DNA of 20,000 nucleotides, taken from positions 57,727 to 77,726 of IMG/VR virus record IMGVR_UViG_3300042336_000257; one strand, given 5' to 3'. This document shows, one piece after another, positions 1-9,862 of the stretch. The stretch comes from an uncultured virus (IMG/VR IMGVR_UViG_3300042336_000257). Taxonomy: Duplodnaviria > Heunggongvirae > Uroviricota > Caudoviricetes. Made by a program: the position numbers and the translations under genes. Each line of letters starts with the position of its first letter. The first letter of the stretch is position 1. The notes under the pieces were generated by a model, which ran no database searches, was not told the DNA's origin, and saw nothing but the letters and a program-made list of their open reading frames with translations.

Positions 1-1293
1 CAAGGTAGAATTGGCAGTGTTCATAATATTAGAAATCTGAGTAAATGGATCTGCCCCAGACATCATTGGACCACCACCAATCACATATGTTGTTGCAAGA
101 TTTGTACATTTGTCTTTATTTTGATTACATCCAAAAATAGAACCAATACCTTTAATTGCATCAATTGAACTTCGAATTAAATTGGCAATATTAAGACCTG
201 CAGTTAAAATCTTAGCAACTCCACCAATGGCAGCACTTAGTGCATCAGCAATGCCATCAACAATATTATTCAAAAGTGCTCCAACAAATTGATTAGCAGC
301 ACAAGAAACAAAGTTTTTAATATTATCTACTGCAGAATTAACCATCTGCTCAATAACACCCTTCAATCCTTCAATTACTTTTCCAACAACACACCCTAGT
401 GCTTTTTGGAATGCTTTCACTGGTTTTACCATTGCAGTCTGAGCTGCAACCCCACCCAAGTGAGCTGCTACGGGGTTGCCAGTTATCGCTAAAATTTTTC
501 CAAATACATCTTTATATAAAAAGTCTAAACCAGCCTTCATCAATTTGACCATCTCATCACCCAACCATTTGACCGCATTGCCAATCATTTCGTTGCAGTC
601 TTTTAGAATTCCATTAATTGCCTCTTTGATTTTTGCTTTTTTCTTCTGTATATTATTCTGTAACTTTCTAATCTTTTTAAGTAGGTTTTCAATTCTGGCA
701 GTTATTTTATCCACTGTAGTATTCTTACAGGGATTTGCCATAACAATTTTGTCACCAATAACAGAACTTACTGAAACATCTCCAGTTGAAGAAGATGTAT
801 CATCTGTTCTAGCAACAGGAGAAACTTGAGATTTAGGATTGCCAGATTCATTTGATTCATTCGGAACAAGAGTTCCATCTGGTTTAGGAATATTCTCAGT
901 ATATCCCGTGAATGGTTGAAATGGTCCTTTATAATCTTTGCTTACTACGTCCGATGTTTTACCAAATGTTGCTAATATGACGGGGATTTGTGCATTATCA
1001 CCATCCATAAAGAACCCGAAAACCACATCACTAGGTTGAAGTGCAACATCTGTAGATTGATTTGCTGCGCCACTTCCAGACGTGGTTGGTATCAGAACTT
1101 GAGCCCATGGAAGGTCTTCATTTTTTAATTCAGATTCATAGAATGGATGATACCCCATAATACGAACACGGTATCTATTACCCCAACCTTCAGCACCTTG
1201 TCTATGATAAGGAGCAGGGGGAATCTGACCAATCCACCAACGGAATCCGTCTCTACCTAGAAAATTACTTTTAAGTAATGATTCATCTATCAT
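1..1293 (-). CDS. gp5: Baseplate hub subunit / tail spike gp5-like protein (3' end runs off the window)
   Basis: Not in the ORF track; read by hand. ATG at 1293 overlaps the upstream stop (ATGA) and gives MIDESLLKSNFLGRDGFRWWIGQI...GWGNRYRVRIMGYHP...LPWAQVLIPTTSGSGAA...GDVVFGFFMDGDNAQIPVI, the typical gp5 N-terminal OB-fold. Confidence 0.9.
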   Translation of the reverse strand, partial: MIDESLLKSNFLGRDGFRWWIGQIPPAPYHRQGAEGWGNRYRVRIMGYHPFYESELKNEDLPWAQVLIPTTSGSGAANQSTDVALQPSDVVFGFFMDGDNAQIPVILATFGKTSDVVSKDYKGPFQPFTGYTENIPKPDGTLVPNESNESGNPKSQVSPVARTDDTSSSTGDVSVSSVIGDKIVMANPCKNTTVDKITARIENLLKKIRKLQNNIQKKKAKIKEAINGILKDCNEMIGNAVKWLGDEMVKLMKAGLDFLYKDVFGKILAITGNPVAAHLGGVAAQTAMVKPVKAFQKALGCVVGKVIEGLKGVIEQMVNSAVDNIKNFVSCAANQFVGALLNNIVDGIADALSAAIGGVAKILTAGLNIANLIRSSIDAIKGIGSIFGCNQNKDKCTNLATTYVIGGGPMMSGADPFTQISNIMNTANSTL

Positions 1294-2660
1294 GACTTAT
1301 TAGCCTCTGGATTTATACCAAATGTATCTCTAACTAATTTCATAGAAGTATAAGATGATTCTGTATCAAAGTGATGACACAGTTCTTTAATCATATATAG
1401 ACCGCTTGTTTCCTCGTCCAATTCGTTTCCATCTTGAGAAGATATCTTTGGAAAATTGCATTTAATGACATCCCCTGCACTTAGATTTGTATTCAGAGGA
1501 ACAACCATACTTAAAGTTTGAGTGAAAAGTATATTATACCTCATAATAGACTGAGATTGATACTTTTCTGGACTTGCATTCACTTCTTTAGATGGTTCTT
1601 TATTCAGAGTACCAACATCAAGACACATTGTGAAGATTCTAGTTGGAGTTTCACCAAGATCTTTTGAACTACCAGAAGTTATTTTAGGAAGTTTTATTTT
1701 TTCGCCAAGATTACTTGTCTTATTAACATAGTCATTTAACTTAAATAATCCCTTTTGGGGATTTGTAAATTCAAACGTTAATGGATTAAAAAATATTCTG
1801 TAACTTGAATATGTGCCTAACTTAAGTTTCTCAATTAAGTTTTGATTCTTCTCTGTAGTATATTTCAAGATTTTAAAGTCGTTCTTTACAGCGTCACCCT
1901 TTTCATCATATGTTTCAATGCTTTGACTATAAAGATAAACTGCTTTTGGTTTTTGTTTAATCAAATTATCAATTGACCTGAAATTAAAACCATCCTTGGT
2001 TTGATAGAATACAAATCCAGCGGTAGCATCACCTGAAGTAGCAGGAACACCTTTTGATGCTAGCCAGATTAAGACAGTAAATGGCTTACGCATATTACCA
2101 ATAAATCCATACTTATTTGTTGTCCTCTCTATTGAATCATTAGTAAATTTGTCAGTCTTAAGGATATTTTTAAGAATTTGTTTTACAGAAGTATCAATAC
2201 TATTGTCTGGGGCAAACTTTTTTCCTACTCTTACTGTTTCATTTGTGATTGCTTCTCTTGAAGTAAGATGTAAAGTAAAAGCTTCTCTTTGAGATTCTGC
2301 AATCACATCAGTAATACTTGAGACATACAAGTAATCTTTTGATGACTTGGAAAAATCAATGGCAATATTAGACTCGGTGTTAGGAGAAATTTTCAATCTA
2401 AGTCTCTCCCCACCCCTAAGAGGAAGACCATTATAAACAGACTGGGGATTCTTATCTGTGCTCCCATCAGGGTTAGCAGAAGGTATGCTATCACCAGTAT
2501 TAATCATCTTCAAAGTCGCAGTGATTGTTGGCGAAAAGATATCTTCATAATAGTCAAAAGAAACTATTGAAGGCGTGATATCAACTGTTCTTTGCTGATC
2601 ATTTGATTCTAGAATTGCTTCTTCAAACTTGGATGGGGATTGTGCTACTACTTGTGCCAT
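1290..2660 (-). CDS. Conserved cyanophage baseplate hub/tail protein (gp27-like position and C-terminal motif)
   Basis: 456-aa ORF directly upstream of gp5. The C-terminal LSAGDVIKCNFP...SGLYMIKELCHHF...LVRD resembles baseplate hub proteins. Confidence 0.6.
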   Translation of the reverse strand: MAQVVAQSPSKFEEAILESNDQQRTVDITPSIVSFDYYEDIFSPTITATLKMINTGDSIPSANPDGSTDKNPQSVYNGLPLRGGERLRLKISPNTESNIAIDFSKSSKDYLYVSSITDVIAESQREAFTLHLTSREAITNETVRVGKKFAPDNSIDTSVKQILKNILKTDKFTNDSIERTTNKYGFIGNMRKPFTVLIWLASKGVPATSGDATAGFVFYQTKDGFNFRSIDNLIKQKPKAVYLYSQSIETYDEKGDAVKNDFKILKYTTEKNQNLIEKLKLGTYSSYRIFFNPLTFEFTNPQKGLFKLNDYVNKTSNLGEKIKLPKITSGSSKDLGETPTRIFTMCLDVGTLNKEPSKEVNASPEKYQSQSIMRYNILFTQTLSMVVPLNTNLSAGDVIKCNFPKISSQDGNELDEETSGLYMIKELCHHFDTESSYTSMKLVRDTFGINPEANKS

Positions 2661-4540
2661 TATAGATACGCTAAATCAGTTAAGAACTTTTGTTTGATAA
2701 AATTATTTAACACACTTGATGGTGGGCTTTGTGTGGTTTGTGATTCTTGTTCAAGAGAACGAGATCCAAACGATGCAGCGGCAGAATTCAATAATTGTGC
2801 TAATCCACTCAAATCCATTTGTGGTCGTGTATCAACCACGCTTACAACATCTGGAGACATACTTGGTGTAATTCCAGATGCAACATCCATTGATGGAACA
2901 CCAGATACAGAACTTGCTGTTGAACCTGCTGCACCATGAGAAACAGTAACTCCCCCCGTTCCAATAATTTCTGCTTCTCTACCATATCCACCACGATAAT
3001 ACACTGCACCAACTGCAAAAGGAAACTTAGTTGCCGATCCTACTTGAGATGGGAATGTTTGTTTTACTTTAGAATTGATTTCTTGCATATCAACAGCGGC
3101 ACTACTTCTTCCACCATGGGCTCTCTGCTCTGCAGCAATTAATCTTCTGATATTATCATCACTACCAGATGCATATTGTTTTATATTTCCATAAAATACA
3201 GTTGAACCTCTTGCAAGCATTGCTTTTGTTGCATGGAAAGCAACTTCACGAATACTTGCAAGTTGCTCTGCCGTTGGATTTGCTCCTTTATAATCTAAGT
3301 GGAAGTGAGTCGCATAACTAGCCTCCCCTCTACCAGATCCACCCTGAATAAATCCCCCTGGTCCAACTTGTGGTATTAAACTCATTGTTCCAGTTGATAC
3401 TGCAGGTGCTTGTTGTAGATTTGCAGATTGCTGCCCAGATGCATATGCTGCTGGAGATACATTTGCTGCTTTTTGTGCTTCTGGTAAAAATGACCTATAT
3501 TTTCCAGACTTATAAACACTCCAAGGATTAAAATTAGAACCACCAGACAGAATGAATGCTGCCCTTGCATTAGTTAGAGGGTCTTTTAATTGCTCATAGG
3601 ATGTTATTCCAAATTTTTTCAATCTTTCTGGGCCAAGGGACCCAATCATATTAATTTGCCATAAACCATAAGATAAGTCACGAGTCCTTGGATTGTCATT
3701 TACTACACCAGATCTTCCACCAGACTCTGCTTTTGCAACTGCTGCTGCAGTAACTGCATTTTGTTGACTAAATCCAGCTTGTTTTGCAACAGCAACTAAT
3801 TGTTCAGTGGATAATGTTTCTCCAGCTCCTGGAAATTGAGATTCGCGTTCTGAGAATTGAGATTCTCCCTGAGTGCCCAATGGTGGTGCATTTTGACCAC
3901 TTGCAATCCCTTCATTGAGAGATGTTGTCATCAATCTCAATGCGTCATCGATTGATGATGACATATCAGATAGATTTTGATTGAGTTGTCCAAATGTATC
4001 TTTTACTCTATTCGATGTGTCAAAGAAATCAAATGACATAATGTTTTGGGCAACGGCACCAAGAAGATTGAACATATTACCAACAAATCCAATTGCACCC
4101 ATAAAAAACTGTTTAATAATTGCCACTCCCTTATAAATTCTGGCAACAAATTCTTTTGCCATTCCAATCCAAGTTGGTAAGTTTCTTAGTAACCATCCCA
4201 CTCCCAAATATGCAATCGCAGATAAAATCCTTCCCAAAAATCCTTTACCACTGTTGAGGATAGATTTCTCAGTAGCAAATCCTGGAGAAAGGATAGAACC
4301 TAGACTTGATGCTTCAAGTTGATCTTCTGCTTCTTTCTTTCTTAAATTATCCTGTCTTTTTTGAAAGAGACCTTTACTTCTGAATACTGCTTCACTTTTT
4401 ATCTTAGTTCTATTTAAAATAACTCTTTTAGTATCACTAATTACTGTTCTTGTATTAGAAAGACTTCTTCTCATGTTTATAAACGTGGAAGAAATCTTAT
4501 TGATTGAACTAGTTCCAGCAGATAAACTTAAAACTGCCAT
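2660..4540 (-). CDS. Virion structural protein (tape-measure-like N-terminus) with SLT/lysozyme-like domain and M23-like peptidase motifs
   Basis: 626-aa ORF. Coiled-coil/hydrophobic N-terminus; AVAKAESGG...SYGLWQIN...DPLTNARAA...FNPWSVY is an SLT-type transglycosylase signature; HFHLD and GGYG motifs follow. Confidence 0.7.
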   Translation of the reverse strand: MAVLSLSAGTSSINKISSTFINMRRSLSNTRTVISDTKRVILNRTKIKSEAVFRSKGLFQKRQDNLRKKEAEDQLEASSLGSILSPGFATEKSILNSGKGFLGRILSAIAYLGVGWLLRNLPTWIGMAKEFVARIYKGVAIIKQFFMGAIGFVGNMFNLLGAVAQNIMSFDFFDTSNRVKDTFGQLNQNLSDMSSSIDDALRLMTTSLNEGIASGQNAPPLGTQGESQFSERESQFPGAGETLSTEQLVAVAKQAGFSQQNAVTAAAVAKAESGGRSGVVNDNPRTRDLSYGLWQINMIGSLGPERLKKFGITSYEQLKDPLTNARAAFILSGGSNFNPWSVYKSGKYRSFLPEAQKAANVSPAAYASGQQSANLQQAPAVSTGTMSLIPQVGPGGFIQGGSGRGEASYATHFHLDYKGANPTAEQLASIREVAFHATKAMLARGSTVFYGNIKQYASGSDDNIRRLIAAEQRAHGGRSSAAVDMQEINSKVKQTFPSQVGSATKFPFAVGAVYYRGGYGREAEIIGTGGVTVSHGAAGSTASSVSGVPSMDVASGITPSMSPDVVSVVDTRPQMDLSGLAQLLNSAAASFGSRSLEQESQTTQSPPSSVLNNFIKQKFLTDLAYL

Positions 4541-4541
4541 C

Positions 4542-6152
4542 TTACATCACCACATTATAACTTAATTGAGAGTACATAGTGTAAAAATTATTAGGATTAC
4601 TCGAAGATATATGGGGAACATTGTTAGAAGAATTTCCTTTTCTTAATGATGGTGCTGGTGGTTTTTGCTTCATCTCTGGTTGTGTCAAAATAACCTGAGG
4701 AGCTGGTTTAGTTAAAGGTCCTAATGGTGCATTTTCTGTTTGCTTTTGTGATATTTTTGCTTCTGGAGACACTGGAGTAACAGAAAGAGCTCTTTCTTCA
4801 GCAGTTTCTCCTGGAAGTAAAGGTCTCATTGTTGGTATATTTTTATATAAGTCTAAGTATCCTTTTTCTTCTTCTGTTGGAGTTACTTCTGGTGCAGCGG
4901 TTCCAACATTCATATTAAGATCTCCATTTACCCCTGGAGTCATTGGAAGCATAGGTGTTGCTGCTGGAGCTTCTGGTGTTTGTGAAGTTGAACCTGGTGG
5001 TGGAATATTTGGTTTATTTGGCTTTAATTGTTGCTGTGGAGTTGAAGAAGTTGGAGTTTGTTTTTGTTCTTGTCCCCCACCTGCCATTCTAGATAATTCA
5101 AGTCCAACTCTTCCAGCGGCTGCAAATCCTCCGATTACTGGAAACATAGATAACGCACTAAGAGCTGCTCCTGGCAAATCTCCTTGACTCAAATCATAAC
5201 CTGTCGAGACTGCACCAAGAGCAGTTCCAAGACCAGGGGTAAAACCACCAGCAACTCTCCCACCTCCAGCTGCTGCAGCACCGCCACCTTTCATAAAATT
5301 AAAGAACTTAGTCATTAAGTTCGTGCTACCTGTTACAGTAGGTCTTGCACCTCTGGCAGCGGCATTGGCAGCGGCAGGTGCTCCTCTACTGAATAATCCA
5401 GCAACACCTCTACCTAAAGCACCCAGACCTCTGAATGGCAGTAAAATCAGTTTAGCAATTAAACCACCAACTTTAAAAACTACACCATTGAGTAATCTTA
5501 GGAAAACAGCAAATCCAACATTAATCGCTAATAAACCAGCACCAGCATAAAGTAAGTTCTTGAGGATACTATTCTTAATCTCATCAAAAACTTTAAAATT
5601 TTTATCCTTGTATGCCCTTAATAATTCTATTCCTTGAAGTGTGAACCACCCACCAAGAAGAGTGAATATTGCGCTCTTAATCCTATCAAATATACCCTCA
5701 GTCTGCTCAATAACTTTTTTTACTGGACTGATAAGAGCATTTTGTATTTTCTTTTCTAATTCGTTTTCACGACCTCTTTTTATATCTCTATCAACTATCT
5801 TTTGCTCATTATCTTGTTCTGTTTGAATTCTTTTTTGCTCAGCAATAGTTTCTCCTCTGAGAAGTCTAGCAATATCTCTAACACCATTGGTTAAATTTAA
5901 AACTTCTACACGAACAAATTCAATCTGCTTTGAAATTGTTCCAAGAGAAGATTGATTTGCCTTTACAATTGCTAAACTTTGAGTGCTTGCTAAATCATTT
6001 CCATCTTGCCTAACTAAAGCACCACCACGACCACGAAACACAGAACTGGAAACAGTTGCTCTACGGAATAGTGCTTTTCTGGCTTCAGCAGACAGGTAAG
6101 ATCCTGTTCTAGGATCTACACCTGTTTGTGCTATGGTTATTGCATCAGCCAT
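4542..6152 (-). CDS. Tape-measure-like / baseplate hub-associated structural protein
   Basis: 536-aa ORF with coiled-coil, hydrophobic and Gly/Ala-rich segments and a Pro-rich tail. It lies between gp51 and the lysozyme-domain protein. Confidence 0.5.
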   Translation of the reverse strand: MADAITIAQTGVDPRTGSYLSAEARKALFRRATVSSSVFRGRGGALVRQDGNDLASTQSLAIVKANQSSLGTISKQIEFVRVEVLNLTNGVRDIARLLRGETIAEQKRIQTEQDNEQKIVDRDIKRGRENELEKKIQNALISPVKKVIEQTEGIFDRIKSAIFTLLGGWFTLQGIELLRAYKDKNFKVFDEIKNSILKNLLYAGAGLLAINVGFAVFLRLLNGVVFKVGGLIAKLILLPFRGLGALGRGVAGLFSRGAPAAANAAARGARPTVTGSTNLMTKFFNFMKGGGAAAAGGGRVAGGFTPGLGTALGAVSTGYDLSQGDLPGAALSALSMFPVIGGFAAAGRVGLELSRMAGGGQEQKQTPTSSTPQQQLKPNKPNIPPPGSTSQTPEAPAATPMLPMTPGVNGDLNMNVGTAAPEVTPTEEEKGYLDLYKNIPTMRPLLPGETAEERALSVTPVSPEAKISQKQTENAPLGPLTKPAPQVILTQPEMKQKPPAPSLRKGNSSNNVPHISSSNPNNFYTMYSQLSYNVVM

Positions 6153-6321
6153 TCGTTATGCCGTTTTTAAGATTTTCTTCTTCTATAAACTGCTGAAGAA
6201 GAGAGATATAAATTTCTCTCTCCCAAGGTATCATATTTTCTAACTCTGTCAATGAATATTTATGATGCTGTATGAGGGCAAAATTTGTTTTGTAGTATGA
6301 CTCAAGGGAATCATGAGCCAT
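6145..6321 (-). CDS. gp51: Baseplate hub assembly catalyst gp51
   Basis: Not in the ORF track; read by hand as MAHDSLESYYKTNFALIQHHKYSLTELENMIPWEREIYISLLQQFIEEENLKNGITNG (58 aa). It has the characteristic E-N-M-x-P-W-E-R motif and lies directly after gp26. Confidence 0.88.
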   Translation of the reverse strand: MAHDSLESYYKTNFALIQHHKYSLTELENMIPWEREIYISLLQQFIEEENLKNGITNG

Positions 6322-6323
6322 CC

Positions 6324-7040
6324 CTACGCGAAAAAACTTGTTAGACCCTCCAAAACAACTTCACTTTCAACTTTTGTTTCTGGATTTTTGATTTTGATTG
6401 TATGAGAAAGTTTGGGCATTGTTTCAAAGAAAGTCTCAATCTCTTTGAATTGTTTCGAACTCAATTGATCAACAAATTCAAATAATTCTTTCTTAGTACA
6501 ATCAGAAGCAGACCAAGATTCTTCTTCAGAATAGACTTGCTCAATACATCCACTAATCAACTCAAAAGTATCATCAACCGTTACATCAGTAATATTAAAG
6601 TTGTTTTTAATAAACTGACTCAATGAAGGATATCTCATCCTCATTGTTAGATTATCATCTAACTTAATATCTCTGGTATGATTTGGATTGGTTTGAACTT
6701 GGATTTCGTCCAAGTTAATTGACACTGGAACTTGAGTAACTTCATCATCAGGGCAGGTGATTAGAACATCTACTGTCTCACCTACTGACTTTCCTCTGAT
6801 GTTAAGGAACAGATACTCAATATCAAAAGTAGCCAGGTCTTCTACTTTTACACCTTTTGTCAAAATGCAATTTGAGATAACTGTTTTAATTGCATTTGTG
6901 ATTTGCTTATCATCTTGACTTTCCATTGCGATGATAAGAATTTTTTCTTCTTTAACAAGAAATGGTCTATATTTAATTGTTTTTTTAGAAGATGGTAATG
7001 TCAACTCATAAGTCGGAGTTGCAATTGTTGGTAAAGGCAT
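6324..7040 (-). CDS. gp26: Baseplate hub subunit gp26
   Basis: MPLPTIATPTYELTLPS...IKYRPFLVKEEKIL...FDIEYLFLNIRGKSVGE...FFETMPKL is the typical gp26 sequence. Confidence 0.92.
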   Translation of the reverse strand: MPLPTIATPTYELTLPSSKKTIKYRPFLVKEEKILIIAMESQDDKQITNAIKTVISNCILTKGVKVEDLATFDIEYLFLNIRGKSVGETVDVLITCPDDEVTQVPVSINLDEIQVQTNPNHTRDIKLDDNLTMRMRYPSLSQFIKNNFNITDVTVDDTFELISGCIEQVYSEEESWSASDCTKKELFEFVDQLSSKQFKEIETFFETMPKLSHTIKIKNPETKVESEVVLEGLTSFFA

Positions 7041-7066
7041 AATAACCTATAATATTGTCAGTAATT

Positions 7067-7073
7067 TATTTAT
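7067..7073 (-). promoter_or_regulatory. T4-type late promoter (ATAAATA) upstream of gp26
   Basis: ATAAATA on the minus strand, about 27 nt before the gp26 ATG. Confidence 0.6.
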
Positions 7074-7939
7074 GAACCAAATCCTGGTGGATATTGTCCA
7101 ATTTCTCCAGCAACAAAGTCAGGTTTTTGATTCCAATCAATACTACTCCCAGTAGTTGCCGCACCCTCTCCTCCATAAATTGGATAAGATTGTGATAATC
7201 TAATAGCGTTCGCTTCATCCGCACTCAGTGGTGCGACTTTACCAGATGCATACAGTAAAGATGATTCTCCAGTTTTATTATTATCAACTCCTCTTTTTTG
7301 GTCAATGGCAGAAATTGGCCCACAAACATAGCGAGTGAATTCAAAAGTTGCAGATGCAGTCAAAGTTCTAGAGCTATCATATGAAACATTAATATTACCA
7401 ACATTAGAGGGGAACATTCCAAAAAATGTGTATTCAATATTTTTACGATAGTCTCTATCAAACTTAACGATTTTTGTCGATTCCATCTTATAGTATTCGG
7501 GGTATTGCATTCTGATAAAATAATTCTTTCTTCCTTGACTGACAGCATCAGCATTTGTTCCAACTGGATTATGAGATCCGCTTGCAATAAATTCTGCCCA
7601 GTGCTCTAGAAATTTCAATACTTTATAATCACTATCAATATAGAACCCTAAATTAACTTGCCCATAAATTCTACTATGGGCAATCTTTTCTTGAATGCCC
7701 ATGTAGTTTCCTGCAATATTTGCAGTTGCCAAACTTCCATATGGAAGTTCTGCAGAGTAACATAACAATCCAACATCACCGCTTATAAATCTAGAATCAA
7801 CACCTCTGTTAGCCAAATAAGATGATAACGCACCATCTTTTGGTGGTGCTCCAAACTTGACTTCATAATGTGAGGTTTGAGCTAGATTTGTTAATACTCT
7901 TTTAAATTCTGATATTTTTCTTGGTCTAGGTGCTGGCAC
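7070..7939 (-). CDS. Tail tube initiator / gp54 (gp19-fold)-like protein
   Basis: 289-aa ORF with a GTG start. LLCYSAELP...GFYIDSDYKVLKFLEHW...YTFFGMFPSNV..I.VSY resembles the gp19/gp54 tube fold, and it sits between gp26 and gp4. Confidence 0.65.
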   Translation of the reverse strand: MPAPRPRKISEFKRVLTNLAQTSHYEVKFGAPPKDGALSSYLANRGVDSRFISGDVGLLCYSAELPYGSLATANIAGNYMGIQEKIAHSRIYGQVNLGFYIDSDYKVLKFLEHWAEFIASGSHNPVGTNADAVSQGRKNYFIRMQYPEYYKMESTKIVKFDRDYRKNIEYTFFGMFPSNVGNINVSYDSSRTLTASATFEFTRYVCGPISAIDQKRGVDNNKTGESSLLYASGKVAPLSADEANAIRLSQSYPIYGGEGAATTGSSIDWNQKPDFVAGEIGQYPPGFGS

Positions 7940-7940
7940 T

Positions 7941-7976
7941 CTAAATACCTATATTATGAGTCTTTTAGTTATTTAG
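7941..7976. promoter_or_regulatory. Pair of oppositely oriented late-promoter motifs (CTAAATA + strand 7941-7947; CTAAATA - strand 7970-7976)
   Basis: Both motifs lie in the 37-bp gap between divergent late genes, and each points toward one of them. Confidence 0.65.
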
Positions 7977-8414
7977 ATGTCTTATAAGGGAAAATATCAA
8001 CCATCTTATCCTGAAAAATACAAAGGAGATCCAACAAATATCATTTATCGTTCCCTCTGGGAAAGAAAATTTATGAAATACTGCGATCTCAATGAAAATA
8101 TTTTAGAGTGGGGAAGTGAAGAAATTGCCCTTCCATATCGTTCCCCAATTGACCGCCGCATTCATAGATATTTTCCAGATTTTTATATTAAAGTAAAAGA
8201 ATCAAATAATGTTATTAAAAAATATTTGATTGAAATAAAACCCAAAAGACAGACTATTCCCCCACAAAATCCAGGCAGACAAACTAAAACATACATCCGT
8301 GAAGCATATGAGTATGCAAAAAATCAATCAAAGTGGGCTGCTGCAAAAGAATTCTGTGCTGACCGTGGGTGGAGTTTTAAAATTATAACAGAAGATGAGT
8401 TAGGTATTAAATAA
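7977..8414 (+). CDS. gp4: Head completion nuclease gp4 (TnsA-like PD-(D/E)xK)
   Basis: MSYKGKY.P..P.KYKGDPTNIIYRSLWERKFM...W.SEE...Y...HRYFPDF...EIKP...N..KW.AA...F.IITE. Confidence 0.93.
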   Translation: MSYKGKYQPSYPEKYKGDPTNIIYRSLWERKFMKYCDLNENILEWGSEEIALPYRSPIDRRIHRYFPDFYIKVKESNNVIKKYLIEIKPKRQTIPPQNPGRQTKTYIREAYEYAKNQSKWAAAKEFCADRGWSFKIITEDELGIK

Positions 8415-8824
8415 TGCCGAGAAAAACTCTTAAAGACAAACAAGAGAAGCAACAAAAACTTCAACAAAATAAAGCAGTCAAAAATAGGGTTTTGCCACTT
8501 GTAGAAAGTATTAATGGCACTGAAGACCCTGATGATTTGATGCAGGAACTCATGGGACTTTTATCTGAGTCAAGCACTGCACCACAAGTAGGTAAATACT
8601 ATACTTTTGTTTATTCGCCAAAAACATCTGGAATTACTTATGATGAATATCCTTTGGTTGCAGTAACTGAAGTTTTAAAATGGGGATTCAAAGGATTTAA
8701 TTTTCACTGGAATGATGGAAGGCAATATACCTGGAAAGAAATCATTGGTGGTGTGTATAATATTCTAGATGAAGAAATAACTGATGTACGAAAGATACCT
8801 TTTGGAAAAATACGATCTAAATAG
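8414..8824 (+). CDS. gp2: DNA end protector gp2-like protein
   Basis: GKYYTFVYSPKT...YDEYPLV...GFKGFNFHW motif; adjacent to gp4. Confidence 0.7.
   Translation: MPRKTLKDKQEKQQKLQQNKAVKNRVLPLVESINGTEDPDDLMQELMGLLSESSTAPQVGKYYTFVYSPKTSGITYDEYPLVAVTEVLKWGFKGFNFHWNDGRQYTWKEIIGGVYNILDEEITDVRKIPFGKIRSK
8817..8823 (+). promoter_or_regulatory. Late promoter motif CTAAATA upstream of gp48
   Basis: CTAAATA about 15 nt before the gp48 ATG. Confidence 0.55.
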
Positions 8825-8838
8825 TTAGAAAAAGATAA

Positions 8839-9861
8839 ATGGTAGTTAAGCCCTGGGAAGTCCAACGAAGCTCAACAACAAGTAACCCACCATCTTCTTC
8901 TGCTGGGTCATCTGCCCCAGCTAAGCCAGATAAACAGCAAGCTCAAAAATCCAATAAGAAGACAGCATATAGATATCCATTTGATAGAATTGATGATGGT
9001 GATGACTACTTATTAATAGAAGTTATTGATTTTGTTCCTGGTGGATTACAAAGACAAGGTGCCGAGTCTTTAGCATTAGTTACAACAGATCAAACTCTAG
9101 CAAAAAACAAGCAAAAAGTACTTAGTCGAATTATTTTACCTATTCCAGAAGGTGTTGGAGATACCAATAATGCAGACTGGTCAAATAGTAACGTAAATCC
9201 ATTTGATGCTACTTTGATTGGAGCATTCAATCAATTTTTGGGACAATCTGCTGGGGGAAATCTTCCAGGTGCTTTTGGTGACATGGCTAAAAATCTTGCT
9301 GGTTCTGGATCTGCTTTAGCACTATCTGCAGAAGGAGGAAAGGCATTTATGGCATCAATGTCTGCTAAAGCAGCCGCAGCGATAACAGGAAATGCTAACG
9401 CCCAGGGACTAATTAATAGAGCACTTGGTGCAACATTAAACCCAAATAGCCAACTCTTATTTAACAGTGTGGCTCAAAGATCTTTTGGATTTAGTTGGGA
9501 CTTAGTTCCAAGGTCTAAAAAGGAATCGGATGAAGTAAAAAATATAATAAGAATATTTAAATCCTACATGTCTGCAAGAAAAGGTGCTCAGGCTCAACCA
9601 GGTGGTGGATTCTTTATTGGGTCTCCAAGTGTATTCCAATTAACTTACATGACAGGTCAAAAACCACATGCATTTTTGAACCAGTTCAAACCAATGGCAT
9701 TAACTGGGATGTCAGTTAATTATACAGGATCTGGAACTTATGCAACATATGGTGATTCAACACCAGTTCATATGCAATTAACACTTAATATGAGCGAACT
9801 TACACCAATTTATGCTGAAGATTATGATACAAAAGAAGGAAAAGATGGAGTAGGATACTAA
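8839..9861 (+). CDS. gp48: Baseplate tail tube cap gp48
   Basis: YRYP...I.LPIP....D.N...W...NPN.QLLF.....R.F.F.W.L.PRS..E...V..II..FK...P..F.L.Y...L..MSVNY...P....L.L...EL.PIY..DY. Confidence 0.88.
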   Translation: MVVKPWEVQRSSTTSNPPSSSAGSSAPAKPDKQQAQKSNKKTAYRYPFDRIDDGDDYLLIEVIDFVPGGLQRQGAESLALVTTDQTLAKNKQKVLSRIILPIPEGVGDTNNADWSNSNVNPFDATLIGAFNQFLGQSAGGNLPGAFGDMAKNLAGSGSALALSAEGGKAFMASMSAKAAAAITGNANAQGLINRALGATLNPNSQLLFNSVAQRSFGFSWDLVPRSKKESDEVKNIIRIFKSYMSARKGAQAQPGGGFFIGSPSVFQLTYMTGQKPHAFLNQFKPMALTGMSVNYTGSGTYATYGDSTPVHMQLTLNMSELTPIYAEDYDTKEGKDGVGY

Positions 9862-9862
9862 G

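Noticed and set aside
476..829. 117-aa hydrophobic plus-strand ORF
   Set aside because: It lies antisense within gp5; the hydrophobicity mirrors the Lys-rich sense strand.
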